NCBI GenBank assembly: GCA_965242925.1
Contig: CBDEUM010000029.1
Span: 192,001-256,000 of the forward strand
Origin: Roseibacillus sp.
Lineage (GTDB): Bacteria > Verrucomicrobiota > Verrucomicrobiia > Verrucomicrobiales > Akkermansiaceae
Direction: 5' to 3'
Length of the DNA: 64,000 nucleotides
Part shown: piece after piece, positions 10,687 through 20,502 of the stretch
Numbering within the stretch: position 1 is the stretch's first letter
Layout: each line of letters begins with the position of its first letter
The notes under the pieces: model-generated
What the model saw: the letters and a program-made list of their open reading frames with translations, nothing else
What the model was told of the DNA's origin: nothing
The model's database searches: none
Program-made: the position numbers and the translations under genes

Positions 10687-11391
10687 ATGAGCTGGCCATC
10701 GATGGTGGCCGCGCTGGGCGTCCCCCTGCTCTGTGCTCTGGCCTACGTGGTCTGGTTTCCCCATGGCAACGGTGGACGCAGTGTCTGGTTCGCGACCAAG
10801 ATTTGGATCCTGGTTTATCCTCTCTTCTTCTTCGGTCTGATTGGTCTCGGTGGTCTCACCCGGCGGGAAGACCGGCCCGCAACCTGGCCGTCCTGGAAAG
10901 TGGTGATTCTCACCGGGGTTTTGATCGGGGTGGGTGTTGCGCTTGTCGGTTGGCTCATGGTCATCACGCCTGTGGGTGATATCGTGAAGGCCAATAGTCA
11001 CAACCTGGTTGAGAAGGCCAGGGGACTCGGTTTCGCCACGAAGGGGCGTTTCCTCATGGTGGCGGCTTTCATCACCCTTTTGCATTCTGCGATGGAGGAA
11101 TACTACTGGCGCTGGTTCGTCTACGGGCACCTGCGACAGATGGTGGGTCACTGGCCCGGACACCTCGTCGCGGCTCTTGCCTTCACCGGACATCACCTCG
11201 TTCTCACGAGCGTCCTCTTCCCGTTGCCCCTTGCGCTTTTTCTGTCCTTCATCGCATGCCTCGGCGGGTTGATGTGGACGCTCATGTATGAATGGCAGGG
11301 CACCGTTCTTGGGTGCTGGATCAGCCATCTGGTGGTGGACGCCTTCCTCATGATTGTGGGCTATCGTCTCATCATGGGTGCGGGAATCTGA
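10687..11391 (+). CDS. CPBP (Abi/CAAX type II) intramembrane protease, paralog of the upstream gene
   Basis: EEYYWR, FTGHH and SHLVVD motifs. Start uncertain (TTG 10642 or ATG 10687). Confidence 0.88.
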   Translation: MSWPSMVAALGVPLLCALAYVVWFPHGNGGRSVWFATKIWILVYPLFFFGLIGLGGLTRREDRPATWPSWKVVILTGVLIGVGVALVGWLMVITPVGDIVKANSHNLVEKARGLGFATKGRFLMVAAFITLLHSAMEEYYWRWFVYGHLRQMVGHWPGHLVAALAFTGHHLVLTSVLFPLPLALFLSFIACLGGLMWTLMYEWQGTVLGCWISHLVVDAFLMIVGYRLIMGAGI

Positions 11392-11482
11392 CGATCGTCC
11401 CGCTTGGCACGGCTGGTGCGGACGGAAAGCTGGTGGAGTCTGTGGAGGGGAAAAGAGCCTCGGAGAATTGAGAGTGGTGGGC

Positions 11483-14400
11483 TCAGTTCCTTGACTGCAG
11501 ATAAGTGACAAGGTCGCGGACCTGCTGGTCACTCATCCGGTCGAGAAGCCCTTCCGGCATGACGGATACGGGAGCACGGCTCTGATGGGCCAGGTCCTTG
11601 CGGGCAACCACGGTCCTGATCCCGGCCAGGTCCTTGATAGTCACCGTACGCTCACTGGCATCGGCAAGGAATCCGGTGAGCACGGCGGGCGGGGCGTCTC
11701 CCACCGGGCGGAGGGTGAGGGTGGCGAGTTCAAAACCTTCCCGGATCCCGAGGTTGGGATCAACGATTGCCGGGACGAGGTAGTCGAGGTTTTTCATTTC
11801 ATAGCCCGTAAGATCGGGCCCGATGTCGCGACCCTGGTCGCCGAACTTGTGACAGGTTGCACAGTGGGCGCCGAAGAGTTGACGTCCGCGCCCGGCCTCT
11901 CCCCCGGGAGCCTTGGCAGAGAGGAGGGCCTTGACTTCCCTGATGCGGATCGCCTTGGCGGCATCGGACAGGCGAATGGCGCCAAAATGCCTGGTGATCA
12001 ATGGCCCGATACGTTCGTCTTCGTAGGTCGCCATCAGGAGCAGGCTGTCGCGGCCGATCGTTTTCTTGTCGATCATTCCCGCGTCCACGGCGGTGAGGAG
12101 GAGGTGAGCCCAGGCCGGTCGGCTGGCAAGGAGCGACTGGGCGACCTGCCGGAGGTCACCCTGGAGCCGGGGGTAGAAGGTGAGCAAGGTCGAGGGGATC
12201 TCCCTACTTGCATACCTCCGGAGGGCAGTGAGGGCTGCCAGACGGACCGGGGGCTCATTTTTTTCTTCGCGGAAGAGTGAGAGAAAAATCTCCTCCGAGG
12301 GAGCGTCGCCGAGTTCTCCCAGGGACTTGATGAACTCAAGCCGTTGGGCGACCGGGGTTTTTCGATCAGCCAGCAGGGGGCGGGCGGCGGCCAGGGCTTG
12401 TGGACTTTTCAGGCGCAGGGACAGGCGGATGACCGAGTCGGTCACGGGCTGGTTCTTCCAGATCGTGGCCACTGCGGCATCCAGTTCGGGAGGAACCGGT
12501 TCGAGGGAGGTTCCTTCGAGGGCCTGTTCCATTCCGCGGATGAGAGCCTCAAGGTGCTTCGTTCCGGCCGCCTTTTCCAGCAGCCATGCGCACATCCGAA
12601 GGCTCTCCGGGCTCCGCTCCGCCATGTAACGGCGTCCGATGCGTTCGCGGAGGACTTTCTCGAAAAGCGGCGTATCCCAGAAGCCCGCGTAGGACAGGAG
12701 CTCCCTGGCCCGGTCGGGATGCCGGGTGATCAGGGCTTCCATTGCCCACCAGAGCTGTAGTGGGATGAATGGATCCTCTGAGAATTCACCGCGGCTGGCG
12801 AGGCCCTCGATAAGATGACGATCCCCCAGGCGTTGAGCGGAGGAGGCGAGCTGGGAAACCACTTCCGGGTGGCTGGCCTTGCGGGCCAGCTGGTGGAGGA
12901 CGGTGCCGAGACTGACTTCGTTTTCAGCGGCCACCCGGATTACCCATCTTTGCAGGTCCGGATTGGGGATATCGAGAACTGTGGTGAAGAACTCAGTCAT
13001 GGCCGGGCCCTCGGTTTTTTCCAGGCCCAATCCCTGGATAACCCACAGGGCCTCCAACGCCCGCTGATCGCGTTCCTCCGGATTTCCCGGATTTCGGGTG
13101 AAGGCGTCCATGAGCAAATGCCGGACGGAGTCATCATCGCGTTGGACAAGGAGGCGCCGGGCATGGCGACGTGCCCACTGATTGCGTTCGAAGAGCACCT
13201 TCACCAGATCTACCGATGACAACTCACCGAGATCCCTGATCGGGCCGGGTTTGGCGTCCCGGGCGCGGATGCGGTGGATGCGGCCGTTGCTGCGGTCCCA
13301 GTTGTCGCGGGGATCGACGTGGGTGATGCGGGCGTCGTAGAAATCAGCCACGTAAATGGCGCCTTCCGGTCCGACGGCGCAGTGCACCGGACGGAACCAC
13401 TTGTCTCCGGTCTGCATCGGGTTTTCCTCTTCCACCGTCCTGAAGGTGCTGCCATGTGAGTCCATCCGCAGGGCGTGGATCTTGTTGCCGAGCGAGTTGG
13501 GCCCGACCAGGCGCCCCTCCAGGCTCGGGATCGCACCGCTGCTGTAGCGAATCCACTGGTGCACGAGGCGGGTCTTCTCCCCCTCGATCGGCATGCCGAA
13601 GAAATGTCCGAAGGTGTAGGGGTTGGTGTGGGGTCCGTGTTTGCCGAAACCTTTCTGATAGTAGCCGCCCTGTACGAAATGGACGGCTTGCTGAGTGCCG
13701 TTGGTTCCCGAGTAGAGCCGCCCCTGGTCGTCGAAATTGACACCGAAGTTGTTCCAGCCGCCCTCAGCGAAAAGCTCAAAGACATGGCGGGCAGGATGGT
13801 AGCGCCAGATGTTCTGCCCGAGGAAGGCATGTCGCGGGGCGTTCTCGTCGAGATGGACCCGGACGCGGGCGGTCACTGTGCTGCCGGTACACCCGTAGAG
13901 CCAGCCGTCGGGGCCGAATTTGAGACTGTTGGAAATGGAGTGGGTGTCCTCGAGGTTGAACCCGGAGAGGTGCACCACCGGTTTGCCGTCGGGAATGTCG
14001 TTCCGGTCCTTGTCGGGATAGAAGAGAAGGTAGGGCGGGTGAAGCACCCACACGCCGTCTTTGCCGTGGGCCAGGGAGGTGACCATGTTAAGTCCATCAA
14101 GGAACGTCTTGTGCACGTCGAAAGCGCCGTCGCCGTCCGTGTCCTCGTGGATGGTGATTTTGTCCTGCCCGATAAATTTTTCATGCAGGGGCTCCGTGAA
14201 GGGAGGGGGCGGCGGAACCTGGTCGAAGACCTTGCGGAGATGCTTGTCCCAGGTGAGGACCTCGAGACCGGCGGGATTGGGATACTGAATATACTGTACC
14301 ACCCAGAGTCGCCCACGTTCGTCGAAGTCAAGATACAGGGGTTGGCGGACCAGCGGTTCGCTGAGGACTGTTTCGACTACCAGGTCCGTGCCGATCTTGA

Positions 14401-15088
14401 ATTGGGCGAGTGCCTTGTCCGGGGGAGAGGGATCGCCCTTGTCGTCGGCACGGGCATAGGGATTGTTGTTACCCTCGAAGTGCTTGGACACGGCCGTCAG
14501 CATGCGCCTGCGCCAGCCCTTGTCCGCAGGAATGACGCCACGATGCCCCGCGCGCTCGGGGCCCGCACGCTCAATGAACGACTTCATCTCGGTTTCCGGG
14601 TGTCTGCCCCACTGGGCCCAGGCCGGAACGTCGCCGCGGCGGAAGAGCCAGTTGCCGCTCAGATCGATGGCATCATCCACGCGCGTCAGGTGAATGGGCC
14701 CCTTGAGGATTCCGCCCCTGCCGCCCTTGTTGAAGAGACGCCAGGCAATGAGGTTGGCTTCGCCAAAACGCACCTGGTCCGGTTCGATGACGAAGGGCCG
14801 ACGGATGCTGCTCGAGGGAGCGCCGAAGAGGGGCGGCATGGATCCGTTGGCACCAATCTTGTTTCCGTTGAAGAAGCCCTCGTCCACATCGCTGATCGCA
14901 TCTACCATCAGGAGGAGGCGGCTGCCCTCCCACTGTGCAGGCACCTCTACGTAGGCACGGTACCATCCGAATCCCTTCTCTCCCTTCCAGCCCTCCGCAT
15001 GCGGGACAGGGACGGGCGTCCAGTCGTCGAGTTGGGCCAGGGCCGGGTCGACGGCCAGCAGACCAAGTAGAAGAGCGGACAATCGCAT
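11483..15088 (-). CDS. PVC-type membrane-bound dehydrogenase / heme-binding CxxCH protein with N-terminal galactose-binding-like domain
   Basis: Signal peptide; GWYRAYVEVP...FNGNKIG...NLIAWRLFN beta-sandwich; DFDERGRLWVV, EDTDGDG, GPDGWLYG propeller; HEAT-like region; CATCH...IGPDLT...SVMPEGL cytochrome c. Confidence 0.88.
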   Translation of the reverse strand: MRLSALLLGLLAVDPALAQLDDWTPVPVPHAEGWKGEKGFGWYRAYVEVPAQWEGSRLLLMVDAISDVDEGFFNGNKIGANGSMPPLFGAPSSSIRRPFVIEPDQVRFGEANLIAWRLFNKGGRGGILKGPIHLTRVDDAIDLSGNWLFRRGDVPAWAQWGRHPETEMKSFIERAGPERAGHRGVIPADKGWRRRMLTAVSKHFEGNNNPYARADDKGDPSPPDKALAQFKIGTDLVVETVLSEPLVRQPLYLDFDERGRLWVVQYIQYPNPAGLEVLTWDKHLRKVFDQVPPPPPFTEPLHEKFIGQDKITIHEDTDGDGAFDVHKTFLDGLNMVTSLAHGKDGVWVLHPPYLLFYPDKDRNDIPDGKPVVHLSGFNLEDTHSISNSLKFGPDGWLYGCTGSTVTARVRVHLDENAPRHAFLGQNIWRYHPARHVFELFAEGGWNNFGVNFDDQGRLYSGTNGTQQAVHFVQGGYYQKGFGKHGPHTNPYTFGHFFGMPIEGEKTRLVHQWIRYSSGAIPSLEGRLVGPNSLGNKIHALRMDSHGSTFRTVEEENPMQTGDKWFRPVHCAVGPEGAIYVADFYDARITHVDPRDNWDRSNGRIHRIRARDAKPGPIRDLGELSSVDLVKVLFERNQWARRHARRLLVQRDDDSVRHLLMDAFTRNPGNPEERDQRALEALWVIQGLGLEKTEGPAMTEFFTTVLDIPNPDLQRWVIRVAAENEVSLGTVLHQLARKASHPEVVSQLASSAQRLGDRHLIEGLASRGEFSEDPFIPLQLWWAMEALITRHPDRARELLSYAGFWDTPLFEKVLRERIGRRYMAERSPESLRMCAWLLEKAAGTKHLEALIRGMEQALEGTSLEPVPPELDAAVATIWKNQPVTDSVIRLSLRLKSPQALAAARPLLADRKTPVAQRLEFIKSLGELGDAPSEEIFLSLFREEKNEPPVRLAALTALRRYASREIPSTLLTFYPRLQGDLRQVAQSLLASRPAWAHLLLTAVDAGMIDKKTIGRDSLLLMATYEDERIGPLITRHFGAIRLSDAAKAIRIREVKALLSAKAPGGEAGRGRQLFGAHCATCHKFGDQGRDIGPDLTGYEMKNLDYLVPAIVDPNLGIREGFELATLTLRPVGDAPPAVLTGFLADASERTVTIKDLAGIRTVVARKDLAHQSRAPVSVMPEGLLDRMSDQQVRDLVTYLQSRN

Positions 15089-15298
15089 GAGCGAAAGGAG
15101 TAATGCGCGAGCGGACGCCGCCTTTCAACCGTCAAAGTGGTGTCTGGTCCCGAACCTGTGGATGGCCCGGCGGATATGGCCGGTACGGGCCCCGGCCGGG
15201 AGGGGGAGGGCTCCGGCAGTCCGGAAAGCGGGTGCCACCTCGCGTGGTTTCAACCTGCACGCTTGATCCGGCACCCGGTTTTGGAGTTGGATGAGCTC

Positions 15299-16339
15299 AT
15301 GAAGCGGCGCAATTTCCTACAGGGAGCGGCCATGGGCGCTCCTCTCCTCGGTTCCGGAAGTGCTTTGGCGGAGAAGCTCCAGACGCAGAAGAAACTGGCC
15401 CTTGGTTATGACAATTTCGCGGTGCGAGCGATGAAGTGGAAGGCGCCCGAGCTCATCGAGTACGCTGCCAAGCTTAAGTGCGACACTCTCTTCATCACGG
15501 ATTTCGGTCCCTTCGAGAAGATGGACGATGCCTATCTGAAGGACCTGCGCAGGCAAGGCGAGGATGCCGGGGTGAAGATTCTGCTGGGGAGCTGGAGCAT
15601 CTGCCCGACCTCGGTGAGGTTTCGCGATACGTGGGGGACGGCTGATGAACACCTCCAGCTTGGCATCCGTGCGGCCAAGGCGCTCGGTTCTCCCGCTTTC
15701 CGCGTCATCCTCGGGGCTGGGGATGACCGGAAGACCGAGGGAGGGATAGAAGCGCGCATCGCGGACACGGTGAAGGTTCTCAAGCGTAACCGCACGCGTT
15801 GCCTGGACTCGGGGATCAAGGTCGCGATGGAGAATCATGCGGGGGACATGCACACCCTGGAATTGAAAGCGCTCATCGAGGAGGCCGGGCCCGAGTATGT
15901 GGGAGCCAACTTCGATTCCGGGAATGCGGTCTGGACCATGGAAGACCCCGTGCAGGCCCTGGAAAACATCGGCAAGTACGTTCTCACCACCAGCCTGCGT
16001 GACTCCGCGGTGTGGGAGAGTGAGAACGGTGTGACAGTGCAGTGGACCGCGATGGGTTCCGGGGATACCGACCTGAAGACCTTCTTCAAGCGGTTTGCAG
16101 AGCTCTGTCCCCAGGTCGCGGTGAACATCGAGACGATCTCGGGGTTCAATCGCGAGTTGAAGGTGAAAAACGATGATTTCTGGAAGGCCTGGCCAAAGGG
16201 CAAACCGAAGGGATACGAAAAGTTCCTGGCCCTGGCCGGAAAGGGAAAGCCGCGTGAGGTCGGCCGGATTGATCAGCGGGAGGACATTGCGAAGAGCATT
16301 GACTACTGCAGGACGGAGCTGGGTCTGGGGCGGCGTTAG
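15299..16339 (+). CDS. Tat-exported sugar phosphate isomerase/epimerase (xylose-isomerase-like TIM barrel)
   Basis: MKRRNFLQ Tat signal; MENHAG, NFDSGN and NIETI metal-site motifs. Confidence 0.85.
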   Translation: MKRRNFLQGAAMGAPLLGSGSALAEKLQTQKKLALGYDNFAVRAMKWKAPELIEYAAKLKCDTLFITDFGPFEKMDDAYLKDLRRQGEDAGVKILLGSWSICPTSVRFRDTWGTADEHLQLGIRAAKALGSPAFRVILGAGDDRKTEGGIEARIADTVKVLKRNRTRCLDSGIKVAMENHAGDMHTLELKALIEEAGPEYVGANFDSGNAVWTMEDPVQALENIGKYVLTTSLRDSAVWESENGVTVQWTAMGSGDTDLKTFFKRFAELCPQVAVNIETISGFNRELKVKNDDFWKAWPKGKPKGYEKFLALAGKGKPREVGRIDQREDIAKSIDYCRTELGLGRR

Positions 16340-16469
16340 ACCGGTGAACGGGATCCGGTGAGAGCCCCTCCTGACTTCGGTTCAACTGCCGGCGGGGAGT
16401 GATTTCTGCGGCCCCTGGCCACCGACAAAAGCGGATTGCACCCCGTGGAATCCGGTCTTAACTGGACCG

Positions 16470-16967
16470 GTGCCGCGATTGCTCCTGCCCCCGCCTCACC
16501 GCTTGATCGCGCTCTATGAAAACGGTGGGATCACGCGGGCACAGCTGCAGGCGGCCATGACCATCCACCAGCAGCGCCTGCTGGTGGAGATCGCGGAAGC
16601 GCGGGAGAACCCGGTCCTGTCCTGTCTCGACGAAAAGTTAAGCAGGTATGCCGCCGGCCGGCTCGAGCGACGACACGGGGAACGTCTCATCCGCCTGGTG
16701 CTGGGAGCTCTCGCTGACATCGAGAACTTCCCCCCGGCCGACCTGCTCTGGAATGCGGGCCACCCGGATGTGCCGCTCCACTGCTTCTTCCGGCTTCGCC
16801 GGGAACCTGTCTTCCGCCTCATTCGCCTCACCATGGATCCACTCGGGGTGAAGGTGATCATCGAGCACGGCCGATCTTCCAAGCGCCAAACCACCCGGCA
16901 GGAGATTCAGCTTGTGCGGGATCGCTTCGGGAAACTTTCCGCGGAGTCCGGAGCCAGGCGGAACTGA
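16470..16967 (+). CDS. Hypothetical protein
   Basis: 165-aa ORF (GTG start) filling the gap between co-oriented genes; protein-like composition; no recognised motif. Confidence 0.65.
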   Translation: MPRLLLPPPHRLIALYENGGITRAQLQAAMTIHQQRLLVEIAEARENPVLSCLDEKLSRYAAGRLERRHGERLIRLVLGALADIENFPPADLLWNAGHPDVPLHCFFRLRREPVFRLIRLTMDPLGVKVIIEHGRSSKRQTTRQEIQLVRDRFGKLSAESGARRN

Positions 16968-16985
16968 ATTTTCCGGTCGCCGGTC

Positions 16986-17013
16986 TTGCGCTGCTGGGGC
17001 CAAGCGTTAGGTT
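16986..17013 (+). promoter_or_regulatory. Sigma70-like promoter directly upstream of the metallopeptidase ATG (leaderless-type)
   Basis: TTGCGC (16986-16991) - 16 nt - TAGGTT (17008-17013) - 6 nt - ATG 17020. Confidence 0.5.
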
Positions 17014-17019
17014 GCGGGG

Positions 17020-17769
17020 ATGAGCGTGAAAATCCTCGCCCTTCCTCTTCTCCTTGTCATGGCCCTTGGGGCGATGGTGTTTGCCCAGGTGGACCGCAGG
17101 CCGAAGAAGGCCAGGGTGATCGAGAAAGGAGTAAGCTTCGACCCGGTGGTGCGAAATATGGAAGGCTGGACCGTGCACATTGACCCGGCCCTGCTCGAAG
17201 GCAAGCACGCCCCTGTTGGAGCGAAGTGCCTGCGCATGCTGGGTGATCACCTCAACCGCATCTCCCTCCTGGTGCAGGGTGACGTGCTGGAGAAGCTGAA
17301 GAAGTGTGAGATCTGGATCGAGCACAGGCACCCGTCACTTGGCGGGATGCAGTATCATCCCAGCGAGGGATGGTTGCGGAATAATGGTCATGACCCCCGC
17401 CTGACCAGGAAAGTGCACATTCCACAGGCGGAGGCGCTTCTCTCGCGGGGCCAGTTGCTCAAGCATCCCGCGGTGGTCCTTCATGAACTCGCGCACGCTT
17501 ACCACGACCAGGTTCTCGGTTTCGATTTCAAGCCGGTCGTCGATTCCTTTGAGAAGGCCATGGAGGATGGAACCTACGAGAAGGTTCTTCTGTATACCGG
17601 TCGGACCGTGAGGCACTATGGTGCCACCAACCATAAGGAGTATTTCGCGGAAGGAACAGAGGCCTACTTTTACCGCAACGACTTTTACCCCTTCGTGCGC
17701 GCGGAACTCAAGGAGCACGATCCCACTTTGCACGATGCCTTGAAGGACATCTGGGGTTCCGCTCAATAG
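17020..17769 (+). CDS. Secreted zinc metallopeptidase (zincin, HExxH)
   Basis: Signal peptide; VLHELAHAYH and KEYFAE motifs. Confidence 0.82.
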   Translation: MSVKILALPLLLVMALGAMVFAQVDRRPKKARVIEKGVSFDPVVRNMEGWTVHIDPALLEGKHAPVGAKCLRMLGDHLNRISLLVQGDVLEKLKKCEIWIEHRHPSLGGMQYHPSEGWLRNNGHDPRLTRKVHIPQAEALLSRGQLLKHPAVVLHELAHAYHDQVLGFDFKPVVDSFEKAMEDGTYEKVLLYTGRTVRHYGATNHKEYFAEGTEAYFYRNDFYPFVRAELKEHDPTLHDALKDIWGSAQ

Positions 17770-17883
17770 GAGGCCCTCTGCTGATTCATTCTCGCCAGGG
17801 CTCTCCGGGTCCTCCCGGAGAAGTTTGAGCACGAGCAGGAGGGTGAATGGGTTGTGGATTCAGGATCAGTCCAATAGCTGACC

Positions 17884-20175
17884 CTACAAATCCCTTCCGT
17901 GTAATTGCAGGAGGCGCTTGCCTTCCTTCACCACGAATTCGCAATCCATGAACGGATCGGCACTGATGTCGTGCCAGAGCACCTGGCCGCCCGGGGAGAT
18001 GACGAAAGTGCCGTGGAGGGGCGCCTTCTCAAAGTCGTCGTAGGCGCTCCATTCACGGAAGACGTGCATGGCCGGGTCGGCCACCAGGGGGAACGGAAAA
18101 CTCCCCCCGTCCTTTTCCCACTTCTCCCTGGACTTGCGCAGGTCCCCTTCGCTGTCGCTACTGATGGCGAGAACCTCAAAGCCGGCTTTCTCGAAGAGTT
18201 CGGCGTCCTGGGCGAACTTTTCCAGTTGTTCGGCACAGTGCAGGCAGCCGTAGCCGAGGTAGAAGAGGAGGACCAGGGGCCGTCCCTGGAAGTCCTTTCG
18301 CGAGATGGTCTCACCCTCCCCGTTGGGGAGGGTAAAATCATGGGCCGCCGGGGGCGTCCAGGCCACCGGGCCGAGGGAGTCGAGGGAAGGACGTTCACCC
18401 ACGTCCTCGCGCACCAGGGGTTTGGCCTGCCAGTCACCCAGATTGAGGTCCCCGGCGATTTTCATTACGCGGGCGACCGGCGGGGCTTCCGGGTCGAGGT
18501 AGGCTGAGATCGGCTTGAGAAGGTCGAAGGCCTTTTTCAGCTCCTCCTTCTTGTCGGTGGCATGGAGGATCTCGATGCGGGCGAGGAGGGGAAGAACCCG
18601 CTTTTCCCCGTTCTTGACCGCTTCCTCGCTCAGGCTGAGAGCCTTTTCCGGGTCCCCGGCGCGCAGGTGGAGTCGGGCGAGGGTATACTTGTCGCCCTGC
18701 ACCGCACCGAGGTGCTTTTTGGCCTCCTCGTGGTTGTTTTCAAGCAGGGCCACGAAGCAGCTGAGGGCTTGGCGGGCCTTCTCGACACTGCTGACCCACT
18801 CCCCGGGCTTCTTTCCGGCCTCCTTCACCAGCTTCTTGGTGTCCTTCTCGTTTTTCTTTTCCTTCTCTGCCTTCTCCCGGGCCTCTTTCTCTACCTTCTC
18901 CCTTTCCTCGGTAGCAGTGTTCAGCAGCTTGGCCATTTCCTGATCGACGGATCGCACCCCATCCAGTGATTCCTTCCCGAAGTGCGCATGTCCGAGAAGC
19001 CGGAGACGCTTGAGTTGTTCCTCGCGCTTGGAAGTTGGCTCGAGATAGGGGGTATCGGCCAGGCGGAGCGTTTCGTCCCACAGCTCAAAGCGCTTGAGGA
19101 CCTCGAAGATGCGGCTACGACCGTACTTTGCGCTGCGTCCACCCTTGCTAATAGTGTTCAGCCTGGGGTGGCGTGGATTGGCGAGGAGGCTCCGGGCCAT
19201 CCCGAGGGCATCGTGGGCCCGTCCCAAAGTCATCCAGTTGCGGCAAAGCCACTCGTTATTGTGGGCGTAGTTGTGAATCTGGTCGGGGAGAACCCGGCGT
19301 GTAATCATATACTGGTGATCGGTGCGGGCGGAAGCCTCCTGGGCGAAGGCGGAGTCGTCCCAGCGCTTGAGCTTGGAGTAGATGTGTCCAGGCATGTGCC
19401 ACATATGGGCGATCCCGGAAGCGGTGTGACCGAGCTTGGCTGCGGAATTGAGGGCGACTTTGGCCTTCTTGTTGTCCCACAAGTGGATGCGGTAGTGGTG
19501 CGCCGGGTGCCTGGGATTCACCGCGAAGATCTGCTGCAGGATGGCGTCCACCGCCTGGTGACTGTGGATGGGTAGTCCGCTGCGGCCAAATTGCCAGAGG
19601 CGGACACAGAGAAAAGCGCGGGCTTCAAGGTCATCCGGGTAGTCCTGGATAATGCTTTCGAGATCGTCGATGAGCTCCTGCTTGCGCTTCTTGGCATCCT
19701 TGGGCTCACCATCGAGATAGTTGGCCTGCGCATCGATGTAACGACGGTTGTGCTCAGAGGCGTGCTCCTTCAGTTCGCGGGCCTTTTTGATGAATACCTT
19801 GGCCCGCTTCTCGTTTTCCCAGTTTGCCAGGGCCATGCCCCAGTAAGCCATCGCGCACTTGGGATCCCGGGAGGCGATTTGCCGGAAGGTCCGCTCGGCC
19901 TCGTAGTACCAGAAGCCGTGCAGCTGCCCGACTCCCTGGTTGAAGAATTGCTGTCCCTCCCCCCAGGCGCACTGAACCGGGAAGGAAATCTGGCCGGTAC
20001 CCTCGATGGGCAGGGCGGAGTGTCGTGGGCCCTCATTGAAGGCTTCACCCTGGTGGGAGTGCCCCGCCTTCGGCTTGTTCTCGGCGGCGGCCTCCTCCGG
20101 TTTTTCCTCGGCCAAGGTCAGGAGGGGAGTGATGCCGAGCAGGGTTGTCAGGATGAAGTGGCGATTCAGGATCAC
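17884..20175 (-). CDS. Exported TPR-like protein fused to C-terminal AhpC/TSA (redoxin) domain
   Basis: Signal peptide; QQFFNQGVGQLHGFWYYEAERTF; HPAHHYRIH; HMPGHIY; C-terminal DFTLP...YLGYGCLHCAEQL...FPLVADP. Confidence 0.8.
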   Translation of the reverse strand: MILNRHFILTTLLGITPLLTLAEEKPEEAAAENKPKAGHSHQGEAFNEGPRHSALPIEGTGQISFPVQCAWGEGQQFFNQGVGQLHGFWYYEAERTFRQIASRDPKCAMAYWGMALANWENEKRAKVFIKKARELKEHASEHNRRYIDAQANYLDGEPKDAKKRKQELIDDLESIIQDYPDDLEARAFLCVRLWQFGRSGLPIHSHQAVDAILQQIFAVNPRHPAHHYRIHLWDNKKAKVALNSAAKLGHTASGIAHMWHMPGHIYSKLKRWDDSAFAQEASARTDHQYMITRRVLPDQIHNYAHNNEWLCRNWMTLGRAHDALGMARSLLANPRHPRLNTISKGGRSAKYGRSRIFEVLKRFELWDETLRLADTPYLEPTSKREEQLKRLRLLGHAHFGKESLDGVRSVDQEMAKLLNTATEEREKVEKEAREKAEKEKKNEKDTKKLVKEAGKKPGEWVSSVEKARQALSCFVALLENNHEEAKKHLGAVQGDKYTLARLHLRAGDPEKALSLSEEAVKNGEKRVLPLLARIEILHATDKKEELKKAFDLLKPISAYLDPEAPPVARVMKIAGDLNLGDWQAKPLVREDVGERPSLDSLGPVAWTPPAAHDFTLPNGEGETISRKDFQGRPLVLLFYLGYGCLHCAEQLEKFAQDAELFEKAGFEVLAISSDSEGDLRKSREKWEKDGGSFPFPLVADPAMHVFREWSAYDDFEKAPLHGTFVISPGGQVLWHDISADPFMDCEFVVKEGKRLLQLHGRDL

Positions 20176-20467
20176 GGGCTCAATACGAACATGGTTGGCC
20201 CCTTTCTACCAAGTGGAATTACCGTGGAAACCGGAGGAGATCCCCTGGCTGGGGGTGAAAAACCGCGTTGCTTCCTGACTCTTCATTGTTCTCCGCAGGG
20301 TCCATGCTCCGTGGAAGACACTCTGTTCGTCCTCTCCGGGAACGTAAGTCAGGTGAAGCATCGTCAACCCGCCGGGATAGGTCGTGGTTGCGATCCTGCC
20401 ATCCGCCGATTTCGGATTGGTTCCAAACTGAAGGGATTCCTTTGTGGTGGGCTGGGCGGTCCGCCTC

Positions 20468-20496
20468 TTGACGCCGGCCATCCGGGCCAGTAAGCA
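20468..20496 (+). promoter_or_regulatory. Sigma70-like promoter directly upstream of the DUF481 ATG (leaderless-type)
   Basis: TTGACG (20468-20473) - 17 nt - TAAGCA (20491-20496) - 6 nt - ATG. Confidence 0.5.
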
Positions 20497-20502
20497 GGCC
20501 GC

